A model generated the notes under the pieces. The model ran no database searches, was not told the origin of the DNA, and worked only from the letters and a program-made list of their open reading frames with translations. A stretch of 64,000 bases of DNA, from positions 50,470,001 to 50,534,000 of the forward strand of contig NC_087437.1 in NCBI RefSeq assembly GCF_036321535.1, read 5' to 3'. Position numbers and translations under genes: made by a program. Position 1 is the first letter of the stretch. Every line of letters starts with the position of its first letter. This document shows positions 36,501-47,799 of the stretch, one piece after another. Source of the DNA: Camelus dromedarius (lineage: Eukaryota).

Positions 36501-39500
36501 ATAATTTCAATAACTTGACCACCTCTGAACACTAGATAACTCATGTCCCATTAAAGACACATCTCTAAAATGTCCAGGATTCTTCTCCTTTAAAGATACA
36601 ATAATATCCTCAAGATATTATTCAATTGCAAAAACACACAATGAAACCAAATGCCAAGGAAGATATCTGTCTTATTTTAATATACTTGATACCAACTTTT
36701 GTTACTGAAAGCTATTTTAAAATTAGTACACCTTTCTCTCAAGACCCAGAGTATACTGACATCTCTTGTAATCCTTTGAAGAACAGGGAAGTACCTGAAG
36801 GTCACTACCGATCATCAGTGACCACTGTATAATATTATACAAAGTGCTGGAGATGAACCTAAAGAAGTGTAACAACTACAGGCCACATCCTGGAAATTAC
36901 TTCTTAATTAAACCTGATGTAACTTCTCTGTATTAAGATTTTCCCATTCTAAAAGTTAGAGACAGCAAAACAATCAGGATTTTTGGGGGGAGGGGGAGGT
37001 TATCATACACTATTAAATCCAGTGTTGTTCCCTGAAGCCTGACTCACTTTTGTTGACGAGAGGAAGGAAAAACACTGCTTAAATCACTTCTGCAAGAAAA
37101 AAAGAGCTGTTCACTCTACTAGATTTCCTGTCAGAGAGCAAGATATTAGAAAATTGGGGGAACAAAGATAAAAAATCATCCACATAAATAACAAAATTAT
37201 ATAAGTGAATTCAATTCCATGTCATATCTTATTTGAAATAAAAGTATATGTAGTAAATAACATCTATGATATGTGAATAGAAACTATTTTAACTGGTTTA
37301 AATTTCCAGTATATGGAGCAATATCAATATATTTTAAGAAAAAAGGGCTGCAGTTACCATTTGCAACACCATAAAGGCTAATGAGTGATAACTGGCAGAG
37401 AAGTGACAGTATGAGTTCCTGCTAGGCCAAGTAGTAGTAACAAGCAATTCCATTCCTGAAAAGTCTGATAACTACCCTTTCTTTTCTTGTACTTACAACG
37501 CACTCTGACCATTTCTCTGTCCGTTTGTGGTGCCCAGAATAAATCTTAACACTTGCTCTCCTACTAGGGAGGATGTACTCAATTCTGCAGTCCCAAAGGC
37601 TGTCCTAGAGGAAAGGTGGATTGGGCTACCCAGACCTGCCCCTTTCCCAAGCCTACTTAGAAGAGCTGCAACACTCTCACTCACTTTCCCCAGGCCACTT
37701 GAGGGCACCAGGCAAGGTGTTTGGATTTTGAGAGCGTGGCTTAAAGGTTTAAATTTCTATCAACTTAAGGAAGAGAAAAAGAGTATCTAGTCAGCAGAGA
37801 ATTATTTTACAGGGGATGAGAGGGTAAATAGAAAACTGAGGTGGAAGAAGAAAAACAGATGGACTGTCTGTATTTCTACTACAAGCCCAGTGGGTATCTT
37901 CCTAAGAGCAAAAACATGTGATAACTACAATGATTCAGCACTCAAATGTAGTACATGCTATTTACTTTGACCGTTTTAAAAAAACAAACTAGACGGGTCA
38001 TCAAATAAGTTTGGGCAATACAATCTTCAGTACTCAAATGTGAAAACTATCTAGAGTATCAATTTTTCAAGAAAATTCAATATTGGTTAAGTATGTAAAA
38101 TGTACAAAATACAGAATATATTCCAATTATATATAATTCTAGCAAAAAAGGGGGAGGGAGAGAGAAAAGGGGGAGAGATAAAAAGAAAAAATGCAGTCTC
38201 ATGTAATAGAAAGCTAATATCAACTATATCAAAGATTAACAAAGTTAGAAATGATAATAATAATAATAATTTTATATTATTATAATATTTTATTATATAT
38301 TATATATTATATTATTATTATTATCATCATCATCATCATCATCATCATCTGGACAGTAAAAAGCACTTCTTTGCTCACTTTCGCAAAAAAAAAAAAAAGT
38401 ATCTGGTTATCAATATATATTGTTTAATACTTAAATCTAGCACATGTTTGCAATTTTTTTCCACTCAAGAAATTTAAGAATTACATTTGAAATAACAGTT
38501 TATCTGGGAAAGAAATCAGAATTCAGACAAATAGTTTGGATGTAGCCAAGTATCATATATAAGTATATTTAACCACTGAACTTATAAAGTCTGCTGTGAT
38601 AGAAGAACAGGGATTTCAGAAAGGTTCTATAATAAAAAATAATGATCATAAAGAAATCCCTTTCATAAGAAAAGTAACATAGAAAATAATTTTCTAGTTA
38701 ACTATGTTCTAACAATTACAAAATAAAACAATTTTAATGGGTGACATTTCCAAAAGCAAAAAATTAAGATTCATTTTACTACTTCTATTCTGAATTTTCA
38801 CCTTCTCAACCGTAAGTTTCAAATTCAGTCTAAACTCCAGAAAGACACCAAGGCCTTTATATTTTTAAAGAAATTATTTTTCTAACTCAATTCTAGCTAT
38901 CTTAGGATTTGACAAATGCAGCTCATAAAAGGTAATATTTTAAAAAATCAAAACACTGTAATAATCACCCATAATTTTCATTAAAAGCTCTGTATATAGT
39001 GTTCTCATATGTTTACCATGTGATTAACAGTTAAACTTCATCTGAAATTTAGAGGAGCTAGTTTGAGTCCAGAAAATTCTACTTTCTGTATATGATACAT
39101 AGTATTCAGCAAATGTAGCCAAATACAAACAATATTCCAAACCACTCATCTATAAAAGGCCTTCTCACAGATTATAGGTCTGAAGTCAAAAGTGCAAGAA
39201 AAATCAATTCAACTAACCAGCCTACCTACTCCTAGAAAAGACTTTCACCTTGGGGCAAAGTTCTACAGGAAAGTCAGGCTAAGAATCTAGGTAGCAGCAG
39301 CTAGAAGTTCTCTTCCTTCTACCTGCAGAGAGGTGAAGAGTGCAGACTCTCAAACCAGACTGGCAGGATTTTAATCCCACTTGTGCCTCCTATTTTCTGT
39401 GTGACTTCAGGAAAATTACTTAATCTCTGTGTGCTTCAACTCCATCTGTAAACAGGGTGTGAAGGTTATATGAATTAATTCAGGTTAAACTCTTAGAACT

Positions 39501-42500
39501 GTAACTAGCACATAGTAAGGACTCCTTATAAGTCCACAAAGGAAAGGATACTGGAGAAAAGAGTAATTTTATGTAAATGCGATGATAAGAAAAACCACCA
39601 CCATAATCAGAAAACTAGCAGCTAACATTTATTTGCGCTCCTACTGGGTGCCAATTCTGTGCTAGGTATTTAATTATTAACAATTTTGCAAGGTGGTGAT
39701 CACTGAGTCTGTTTTACCAATGAGGAGACCAAGCCTCAGAACTCGATTTATCTAGGGACAGAATTATCCAAAAAGTAGCAGAGCCAGAAATGAAACCCTG
39801 GTGCCTGGCTTCAAGGCATGCAGTCTTTCCATTTATTCTACACTGTCGTCAAGTGAAAGACAAATCAAAAAAGGGCAAAAGTGCAACCACTGACTAATTA
39901 TTGTGTGTACTGGGGGCAGGGGGGGTGGATTCTGAACAATATTTCTTTACCTGTTTTTACGGAAACGTTAAATAAGTAATCAACTGTTTTTCCTTTCAAA
40001 TGTAAACAATTTGCATTCTGACTAAAAATTGACCATTAAGCATTCCCTTACTTACTAAAAAGCTAATTTAGGGATAAAATTTCCTTGTAGGATTTTGGGG
40101 GAAGGTTATTTTTAAGATGTATAATTCAGCAGGAAGGAAGATGTGTTTATAGTCCTGTCATAGTCTATTTTTTAAAAGATGGCCACAATCTATAGCCTTA
40201 ACTATACTAAGAGGTGGAAAATTGGTGTCACTGAAAGTCAGGTTTCCTTTTCCAATAAGAAGGCTTGAAACCCAGAGATAATACAGAACATGTACAGGTT
40301 ATAGCCAGAAAATATAAATCAATGTGTACAATTTCAAACATTAAGCAAAACAAACATTTTTCAGTAGTCATGTGCATTAAAATCCGCAGTTTAGGATAAT
40401 TACTTATGGTAGGCCTGTGGCTCTAAAGATCATTTGTAAACTTCCCGCACTTTGAATGACAAATGAACTCCCCCTTTCTCTATGCAGAGTCTATGATTCT
40501 TAAGGGGTTACCTAACAGGTGTGGGGAGAAACAAATGCTTTTAAATAACTTTCTATTGTATATATCATAAATGCAACTAACACACACAAAATAAAATAAA
40601 ATGAACTCTTGAGAGGCATTCAACTACTAAGTCAAATGTGGCATAATATACTACACTATGTAATCACTGTACCCAATGATGTTTTAAATGGTAAATCACC
40701 TGAAAAAATATTTCATTAAGTATACTTGTTAAGATTTTGTATGTCTTTAAGGATTTTTCTCATAGGTTTTTTTTTTTTTTAAGGGAGAATTTTATCATTC
40801 AGAGCCCACTCTGAGATTCTTGATTTTGTGTGTGGTGGGGGGAGGGGGTAATTAGGTTTATTTATTTATTTTTAGAGGAGGTACTGGGGATTGAACTGAG
40901 GACTTCATACACACTAAGCATGCACTTTACCACTGGAGCTGTACCCTACCCCTCCTCACAGCTTTAAAAAAAAATACACAGCATTAATGGAAATTTAAAG
41001 GATTTTCTCTACTCCACCCTCAGAAGTATTATTCAAAAGATGACTACCACTATAAATGGAATAAGTGTTTTGATTTTGGTTTAAAGAAGACTGCTTTGAC
41101 TATTAAAAACAGTTATTTTCACTAATTCCTGATTATTTTGGTAATAGGATAGAAATAGCCCCTTAAAATACTTGTTTTAACCATCATATTTCAAATGAAT
41201 TCTCCCAAACTTATTGCTTTGAAAGTCTAACAAGCAGTCAAGATAACTAATTTAAATTTGCCTCCCCTCTCCATAAATATCTTTTGTAAAGAAATCTCAA
41301 GTTAACAAAAAGATTACTGAGGTGAAAACTAAACAAACAAACAAAGAATTAAATGAGATTTTTTAAGTTCTATAGTTAAAGAACTTCTAGTAACAACTGG
41401 CATTCAAAAGTCATGGATATTTGTTACATAAAAATAAATGATCCTTAAAAAATAAAATCTCCTAATTCTAAGATCCGGTATCTACTCAAATCTTAAATCC
41501 AGAAATATTACAATCCGATGAATAATAAATAAGTGCTCTAAATATTTACTGAAATAAAAATATTCCAATACAACAAAGGAATGAGCCATGTACTTCAACT
41601 TATCTCTACTGCTGAACACTATGTCCAGTGTTGAGGGATTCAAAAGTGTAATGCAATAGAATTCTGTAGAAAGGAACTACTTAAAAGAAAAACTCTCTCA
41701 ACATTTTACAATGCAAATAAGCAGCCCAATGACTCTAAATGATTAGGTACTAATTATATAAAATGGGTTCAACAAAGTTGTGAAACGCACTTCAGTGACA
41801 TTTTCCCCTTTTGTTTTTTGCCTCTTCTTAGGTAGGGGATATACACCTAAAGTGACTAGCTAAACTAGACAGTCAGCAGGTTATTCAAGAGCTTGTTTGT
41901 GTCCACAAAGCAACTGAATCCTATTTGGAACTATTTCTCTTCATCAAATGTCATGGTTAATACTATCACAACTTGAACAACTGACATTGAAATTTAAAAG
42001 GGGGCTTTCTCACAGGTTTTCCTTATGCTTGACCTGGCCTATGAAGCCATAATCAAAAGAGCCACTTAACTCAAATGAGCTCAGCTCATTTAAAACAAAC
42101 AAAACAAAAAAACTGACCACAAGTTAATTTTAACTTTCAATTTTTTCTTACCATATGTACCAAGAGTTCTAATTTTTCAATTACTTGAAACATTTACATC
42201 AGATCATCTGATTTGATACAATACAGAAACAATATAAGGAATAAACCATACTGAAACTAATCAAAAATTCCACACCTATAAAGAAAGGGTCCTTGCAGTG
42301 TTTTTAAAAAAAAAAAAAAGAGAGAGAGAGAAGGGGTAGATAAAGTGTGTAACCAGAAACCAGGCTTCTAATCCCTGCTGTCACGAACTAGCTCTTTACC
42401 TTGGTCAACTCTTCTAGAACCACTAAACCTCTTTTTCCAGATATGCTAAAAGGAGGTATCAATATCTATCCCACAAACTGGAGTGAAGCTGAAATAACAG

Positions 42501-43333
42501 TTTGAACTGTCTGACTAGCAGACAGTATGTTCTCAACAAACGTTAATGTGATCCTTTCTCCCCAAAGACCCAGTTTTCTGCAAATAGCCATTAAACAACA
42601 TGCCAACTACTAAAACATATTCAAAAGCAATCTATGAAAGAGATTGTGATGCTGTGTTTATTAATTAGCCTGGCTAGGTAAACTCGATGGTCAAACTAGT
42701 TTTTATTGAATATTGGACAGTCATCTTAATCAGAATTCAAAACTCTGTGGACAGAAGCTACATGGTAAAGAAAACTACAAAAAGAATTTTGTTGTCTTTT
42801 AAAACTGCTTTGAAAGTAATTATCTATACTTGTAATAGGACACTAAGAGACAGCAGAAACAAAGTCTACCGTATCACTCAGGATCCTTCAGTGGCTTCCC
42901 ATTCTCTTGAAATAAAAACCCAATAAACCTACAATGCCCACCCATGCCCATTTCCACTCCTTACCCCTCAGACCTCATCTGCTCCAGTGCCCAACATGCC
43001 CCTCTCCCCTCCACAAGATGCTCCAGCCACACAGGCCTCACTGTTCCTCAAACCCTCTTTGACCACATTTCTGCGTGGTTTACTCTTTCATCTAGTCTGC
43101 TCAAAATTCACCTCATCAGTGCTGCAAGTACCATTTTGCAACACCACTTCCACTGTGCCCCAGCACTCCCAATTCCCCTCCCTTACACGGCTTTTCTCTC
43201 ATAGCACTTAACACCTTCTAACATAGGAAGAAAAATACATACTGTGTTTATTTATGTCTCTCCCTACTAAAATGTAACTCTTAACCAGAGCAGGGATTTT
43301 TAACCTTTCAGTGAAAAAAAAAAATATATATAT

Positions 43334-43365
<32 letters not shown>

Positions 43366-46260
43366 CAAGATAGATAGGTGTGTGTATATCCGTATCTCCA
43401 TATCCAATGCTAGACTAGAACAGTGCCTGGCACATAGTAGATGTTTAAGAAATAAAGATTAAAATGAATTAAGGCCCTCCCTTAATTTACATATGTGTAT
43501 GCAAAAGAATGTGAAACAGGTTCTAAAGTGTCAACCTTGAAAAGGCCTACATTCATGTGAACTTATGATTTATTGAAAACATAATCTGAAATTTCAAAGT
43601 CCACACCTTAAAAAAAAAAACATTAAAAACATAGTTAATTAACATCATTAATCATCCATTAAATTGACTTTTGTTATTTAAAATTTTCATTAATAATACT
43701 TGGGTTTTTCCTGTTTAAATGAGTAACATAATTTCAAATCCAATTTTCAACCATTTCTCTAGATTTTATGTGAGTTAAAAGATTGTATGTACCACAAATA
43801 CTGGGGGAAATAGTAAAACCAGGAAAAATTAGTTTCAGTTCTGCAAATAACAATTTTGCAAACTTGAACCTCAAAACCTCCTTGATCCTCAATTTCTTCT
43901 TCTGTAAAAGAGGAGTAAATGAGATGATCTCTGAAGCCATTTCAGATCTAAAAATTCTATGATGCTGTGAGTCTATAAAAATCTAGTAGAGGTTACACAG
44001 GCCACATACTTCTCACACAGAGAATAAAAATCATTAAAATAAAAAATTTTAACTGAATTGAACTTTAGAAATCATTAAATCCTGTCATCTTATAAATAAG
44101 TAAATAAGCCTGAAATTTTGAACACTTTTTAAAAAATATTTAGGAGTAACAGAATTATTGTCTAATTTTGAAGTTATTTTTGGTCTTTCTATGTGTGTGT
44201 CAGATAACCTAAATGAACAATTTTTTCTTATGAAAAACATTTCAGGTATCTCATTATTTAAGCTTGCCCCAGAACTCACAATACAGCAATTTGCTCTAGA
44301 AATGGGCTGCATTACACACACTGAAAAACATTAGTCTAAAAACTATCAAGAAATTATAAATTTATAACGAAAAACTTAACTAAAAAATTCTTTTTGGCCT
44401 AACTTCTTATTAGGGCCCACGATGATTTAGCTTCCAAACTAACAAGAGCATACCAAGACAATTCTAGTGACATGATCTGAGTTCAGCCACAGAAAGTGTT
44501 TTAAATTAGTGGTATCTTGTCAGTAATGGTGTAATTAGATGAGTTATGGCTAAGTTCCAAAACTAGCTAATTTAATATTAGCAAAAGGATATACTATTAC
44601 AAGTTCCAATCCAAGCTGAACTCTAGTATATGAACCACATGAATCCTGAATTCATGAGCAGGTAATCAGCATTATCAAGGCCTTGGGATTCTAAAGGTTG
44701 ATGTTGATTTGGAGACTATGATAAACAGAACACATTTCAGTACTCTCACAGAGTGTTTACCAGGGAATTGCATTTCATTACTTCAAGCTTACTACTCAAC
44801 TACACGCCAAGAATCTGGAAACTTTAGGAGTAATGTCTATGACCGTCAAAATACTTTAGAAATTGGAAACTGTTTAGACACCGTGGTGGATCTTTGAACA
44901 CTGCAATATCAATTTAAACATTAACCTATACTTTATAGCAAAGTTTTCTTACAAATACAAATGGTAAATTTTCCTGGAACTTACTACAGAACATAAGTCT
45001 TGAGTATATGGCAAACTAAACCACATAACCATACATGACACCAAAATTATGCCAAGTTGGAGGCTGAGAGTAGATAAGTGTCACTCAGCAGAAAAAAGAC
45101 CAGCTAAAAACAAAGACACTGGGGCATTCCCTTAACACAGACACACACATACACCCTCCTCAAAGAGGCCTTTATGTTCCCCATGAGCAAAAGGACATCA
45201 TTTTTACTGTCTATTCATACAGTAACCTGCATGGAATTCAACTCATGCTGCGACTATAATGCCAAACATCGCTTCTGAAAAACAAAAAAGTTTAAGAGTC
45301 AGGTATATAATTACCAAAATGTAACCAGATAACTTGAATCCCACTCCTTTAAGCTCGTTAAGACATTTTCCGAACAAAAAAGGAGAGGGAAATAACTTGA
45401 CAAACTATTTTTTAAAAATCACAAATGGTCTTTAACTGACATAATAAAGCAATTACTGCTCCCGCCTCAAGCAAATAAAGTATGTGCTCAAAAGGTAGCA
45501 AGTCTGTTTCTCCTAATTTTACGAAATGAGAACAGGTTGCACTTCCGTACTCCGCCCTCCCCCCACGTCCCCCTAGCTCAGCGGTCTCCCATGTTCTCAG
45601 CACAGAGGTAAATATAACCTCCACCAACTGGCCAGTGAAACTCCCATTTTCCAAAAGCATGGGACGCAGCGAAAGGTGATGGAGAAAGGAAGAGGGCTGA
45701 TACCCCGCCCCAAGCAAAACTGCCTGGAGACTTGAGGGGTGTTGGAGCCGGAGCGGAGGAACGAGAGGAGCGCCGGGAAAGTCTTCCCTTCTCGCCGGCG
45801 GGGCGGAGGGGGAAGCCCCGGCTCCGGGGAGGGGGAGGTTCCTCACCCGGAACCCCGGACCCCGGACCCCGGCCAGACACAATGGAGCCGGCGAGGGGGC
45901 CGGTCAGGGGCCGGGCCGTTGCCCCCTCCCCTCCCCCCGCCCCAACACCTCCCCCCGCGGCGCCGTGCCCCGGTGAGGGGCACCGGGGACCACTCCCCGC
46001 GCCCCAAACTCCCCGGGGCTCCCGACTAGGCCCCGCTCCGCTCCGCCTCCTCGGCTCTCGCGTAGCGGCGGCGCCCGGGCGGGAAGGGGCGAAGGAGGAA
46101 GGGAGAGGCGAGGAGGAGAGCCCCGCCGGGGAGCGGACCGAAGCCGCGGGCCGAGGCTCGGGGCGGCGGGGTCGCCGCGGGGCGGAGGGCGGCCGGGGCG
46201 GGGGTGAGCGGCTGCGCCGGCCCCCAGCCGGCGGGGCGGGCGGCCGCAGTGCCTCACCAT
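18473..46260 (-). CDS. DCUN1D1: DCN1-like protein 1 (DCNL1/SCCRO), complete spliced CDS, 7 exons, 259 aa
   Basis: Manual splicing gives 3+217+169+131+83+97+80=780 nt with consistent phases and GT-AG introns. Translation [20 protein letters not shown]...[26 protein letters not shown] matches DCUN1D1 as I recall it (UBA-like + PONY/DCUN1 domain). Confidence 0.98.
19859..19955 (-). CDS. DCUN1D1: DCUN1D1 exon 6 (97 nt; [32 protein letters not shown])
   Basis: TAG| acceptor and AAG|GTAATG donor; frame continuous. Confidence 0.97.
20198..20280 (-). CDS. DCUN1D1: DCUN1D1 exon 5 (83 nt; [28 protein letters not shown])
   Basis: CAG| acceptor and TTG|GTAAGT donor; peptide visible inside ORF 20123..20401. 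Confidence 0.97.
20600..20826 (+). mobile_element. MER20 (hAT-Charlie MITE)
   Basis: CAGTG...CACTG termini, diagnostic GACAACCAAAAATGTCTCCA, degenerate 8-bp TSD ATGTATAT/ATGTACAC. Confidence 0.85.
22885..23046 (+). mobile_element. Degenerate MER20/MER5-family hAT MITE
   Basis: CAGTGTTTCTCAA...TTGAGAATCACT inverted termini; GACAACCAAAAAT core. Confidence 0.65.
23300..24165 (+). mobile_element. L1MC1/2-like 3' end
   Basis: AAAATCCAAAACACTGACAACACCAAATGCTGG; ATGATTCCAACTATATGACATTCTGGAAAAGGCAAA; AATAAAGTCTATT end. Confidence 0.85.
24740..24935 (+). mobile_element. MIR SINE (further MIR-like remnants at about 25415, 28340, 32350, 39330, 39615, 42340, 43870, 48660, 53310 and 53730)
   Basis: MIR core CCTCACAGGGCTATTGTAAGAATTAAATGAGTTAATAC. 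Confidence 0.7.
25805..26174 (+). mobile_element. ERV1 LTR fragment (MER41-like) ending in an A-rich tail
   Basis: CCCACAGGCGTCATGACAGT...TTCCTGGGAATCCCAGACCCTTTCCC...CTCTGTCTGTGGA resembles MER41-family U3/R as I recall it; followed by an A/(TAAA)n tail. Confidence 0.65.
27070..27455 (-). mobile_element. Two adjacent antisense old L1 3'-end fragments
   Basis: TTTACATTAGGGCTCACTCT (L1MC-type) and TTAACCATTTTTAAGTGTACAGTTTCAGT (L1MB-type) reverse motifs. Confidence 0.65.
28632..29832 (-). mobile_element. 5'-truncated L1 (about 1.2 kb, similar to the 1-2520 element) with perfect TSD
   Basis: ORF2 C-terminal peptides [20 protein letters not shown] and [32 protein letters not shown] at 28619-28631 and 29833-29845. 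Confidence 0.92.
30756..30886 (-). CDS. DCUN1D1: DCUN1D1 exon 4 (131 nt; [43 protein letters not shown])
   Basis: TAG| acceptor and TAG|GTAAGA donor; frame continuous. Confidence 0.97.
31767..32335 (+). mobile_element. ERVL solo LTR (LTR33-like)
   Basis: ATTGTCTCTCAGCTTTAAACCCACCCTTCT start and TGTCTGGACTCTGACTGATTACA end. Confidence 0.7.
32750..32848 (-). mobile_element. tRNA-Ala-derived SINE (Vic-1-like), short form
   Basis: Reverse complement reads GGGGAGGGTATAGCTCAGTGGTAGAGCACATGCTTAGTATGCACGAGGTCCTGG followed by an A-rich tail. Confidence 0.88.
33163..33331 (-). CDS. DCUN1D1: DCUN1D1 exon 3 (169 nt; [57 protein letters not shown])
   Basis: AAG| acceptor and AGG|GTGAGT donor; frame continuous. 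Confidence 0.97.
33691..33822 (+). mobile_element. tRNA-Ala-derived SINE (Vic-1-like)
   Basis: GGGGGGAGGGTATAGCTCAGTGGTAG...GGGTTCAATCACCAG...AAACCTAATTA. Confidence 0.9.
34679..34895 (-). CDS. DCUN1D1: DCUN1D1 exon 2 (217 nt; [17 protein letters not shown]...[11 protein letters not shown]-like domain)
   Basis: TAG| acceptor at 34896-34898 and AAG|GTGAGT donor; overlaps ORF-track entry 34548..34889. Confidence 0.97.
36008..36135 (+). mobile_element. tRNA-Ala-derived SINE (Vic-1-like), short form with long A tail
   Basis: GGTATAGCTCAGTGGTAGAGTGCATGCTTAGCAC...GGGTTCAATCTCCAGTAC followed by poly(A). Confidence 0.88.
38254..38349. repeat. Compound (TAA)n / AT-rich / (TCA)n microsatellite
   Basis: Directly visible. 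Confidence 0.85.
40822..40952 (-). mobile_element. tRNA-Ala-derived SINE (Vic-1-like)
   Basis: GGTAATTAGGTTTATTTATTTA...GAGGTACTGGGGATTGAAC is the reverse complement of the SINE body. Confidence 0.85.
42880..43470 (+). mobile_element. L2 3' end containing a (TAGA)7 microsatellite (43335-43365)
   Basis: TAGAACAGTGCCTGGCACATAGTAG terminus typical of L2. Confidence 0.75.
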
Positions 46261-46700
46261 GTTGGTGTCCTCCAGGCCTCTCCCCTCCTCCTCCGGCTCC
46301 GCAGCGAATGGACGGCGGCGGCGGCGGCGGCTCCTCTCACGGGCTCGCCGGGCTCCCGCTCATGCGCAGTGCGGGGCGGCCCCAGCGCGTGCCGAGGAGG
46401 CAGCCCCGGGCCTCCGGGAGGCGGAGGGACTGAGACGGGCAGCGGACGCCCGGCGCGGGGCTTCCCCCGGGCGCGGGGGTCTCCCTCGGGCGGGGGACGC
46501 GGACGGGGCAGGGGGGGGCGACGCACGCGCTGCGCGCGCCGACATCCTCCCGCCGCGCCTGGCGGGGTGAAGGGCCGGGGGATACCACCTCCGCTTCCTA
46601 CGCTCTCCTTCCGCCGTACGACAGACAGGGCCGTGTCTACACTGGCTCGAGAAGGGCAGTACCTTGAGCAGCTGGGGGCGACTGGAAGGGCTATGACTGA
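45540..46700. promoter_or_regulatory. CpG island / DCUN1D1 promoter, exon 1 and start of intron 1
   Basis: Very GC- and CpG-rich against a CpG-depleted background; several GC boxes (GGGGCGG/CCGCCCC), NRF1-like CGCTCATGCGCA at 46357-46368, ETS-type CACTTCCG at 45540-45547. Confidence 0.93.
46258..46260 (-). CDS. DCUN1D1: DCUN1D1 coding exon 1 (ATG only; the 5' UTR extends to higher coordinates)
   Basis: Minus strand reads GGACACCAAC ATG|GTGAGG: A at -3, strong donor, inside the CpG island, phase 0 joining AAC AAG TTG of exon 2. Confidence 0.93.
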
Positions 46701-47799
46701 GGCGCTAGATCCGTCCCAAACCACTCCTCCGCATCAATACAAAAAAAAGGAAGAAAAAGTAAAAACACCTCCACTCCAGTGTTTTCTTCTTCACCTTCCC
46801 CCCAAGTTCCAGTATTTGGACTGCATCAGGTCCCCCACAGGGACGTGCCAGGGGAGACCTTAGTCTGAGCCGTGTGGGAGCCGTAATGCCCTTTAGTGTG
46901 ACACAGCTTCTTCCCAGACCTGTGTCCACAGGAAAACCAGTGGTATGGCCCTAGGGTTCCAGGTGAGGAGGACGGCGGATTGTGAGAGCATGCCGCTGGT
47001 GGCGGAAGTTGCGGTATCAGTGCCTACTACTTGTCTAAATATCAGCTTAGTTGTACCTTCCTAGGATAAGTTTTGGGAAGTGACGAACTTTTTTTTTCCT
47101 CTGGGGCTCGATGTCAGGCTTGACCTAATCTTGGTTCTAAGGCTGTTGAGGGTGAGGATACCAGGATTCTGCGCTGGGGGTCAAGTAGACTAGTATGTGA
47201 TGCAGGGAGTACAAAGAACTCTTTGGAGTAGTCGCTGCCCTTAAGAAATTGACTATCCAATTGAAGAGATCAGACACTTCTACACACGAAGAAAGGGAAT
47301 AAGAAAACAAGTAGTAAAGCAAACATCAGAAAATCACGTCTAAGACTGAAAACTGTTTCAGAACAGAACCAACCTTAGTGTTTCACTCTCACCTGTTATC
47401 ACTGTCATCACCAACAGCCTTTCCCCCCCAGCGCAGGCATAAGCTGCTGGATCAATTCCACAACTTCACGACTTTGAAATTCTTATCAAAGCAACAGAAC
47501 TTCTTTGGCAACTCCTGGGGGCCTTCTGACACTTCCTGAAGCAGCCATGTATCCGGAGCTCCCACGACGCGACCAAGACAGTTCCCTGGCCACCACTGAC
47601 CATCCATCCATTCTTTCCACCAACCTTTAGATATTACTGTGCCAGTGTCCTTGCTAGGCTCTGGAAGAACAGCTCTGCGAGGACAGGCCAGATCTGCCTG
47701 GTGCAGCAATCCTGAAGCTGGACCACATCCATGGATGTTCTCCAGGATTTCACCTAGTGTTTCCCTGAAATATTAACTAACAGCTAGGGTCTTAAGAGG

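Noticed and set aside
45412..46929. Long GC-rich ORFs (up to 233 aa) on both strands
   Set aside because: Low-complexity Pro/Gly/Arg/Ala frames caused by stop-codon scarcity in a CpG island; only the ATG at 46258-46260 is supported as coding.
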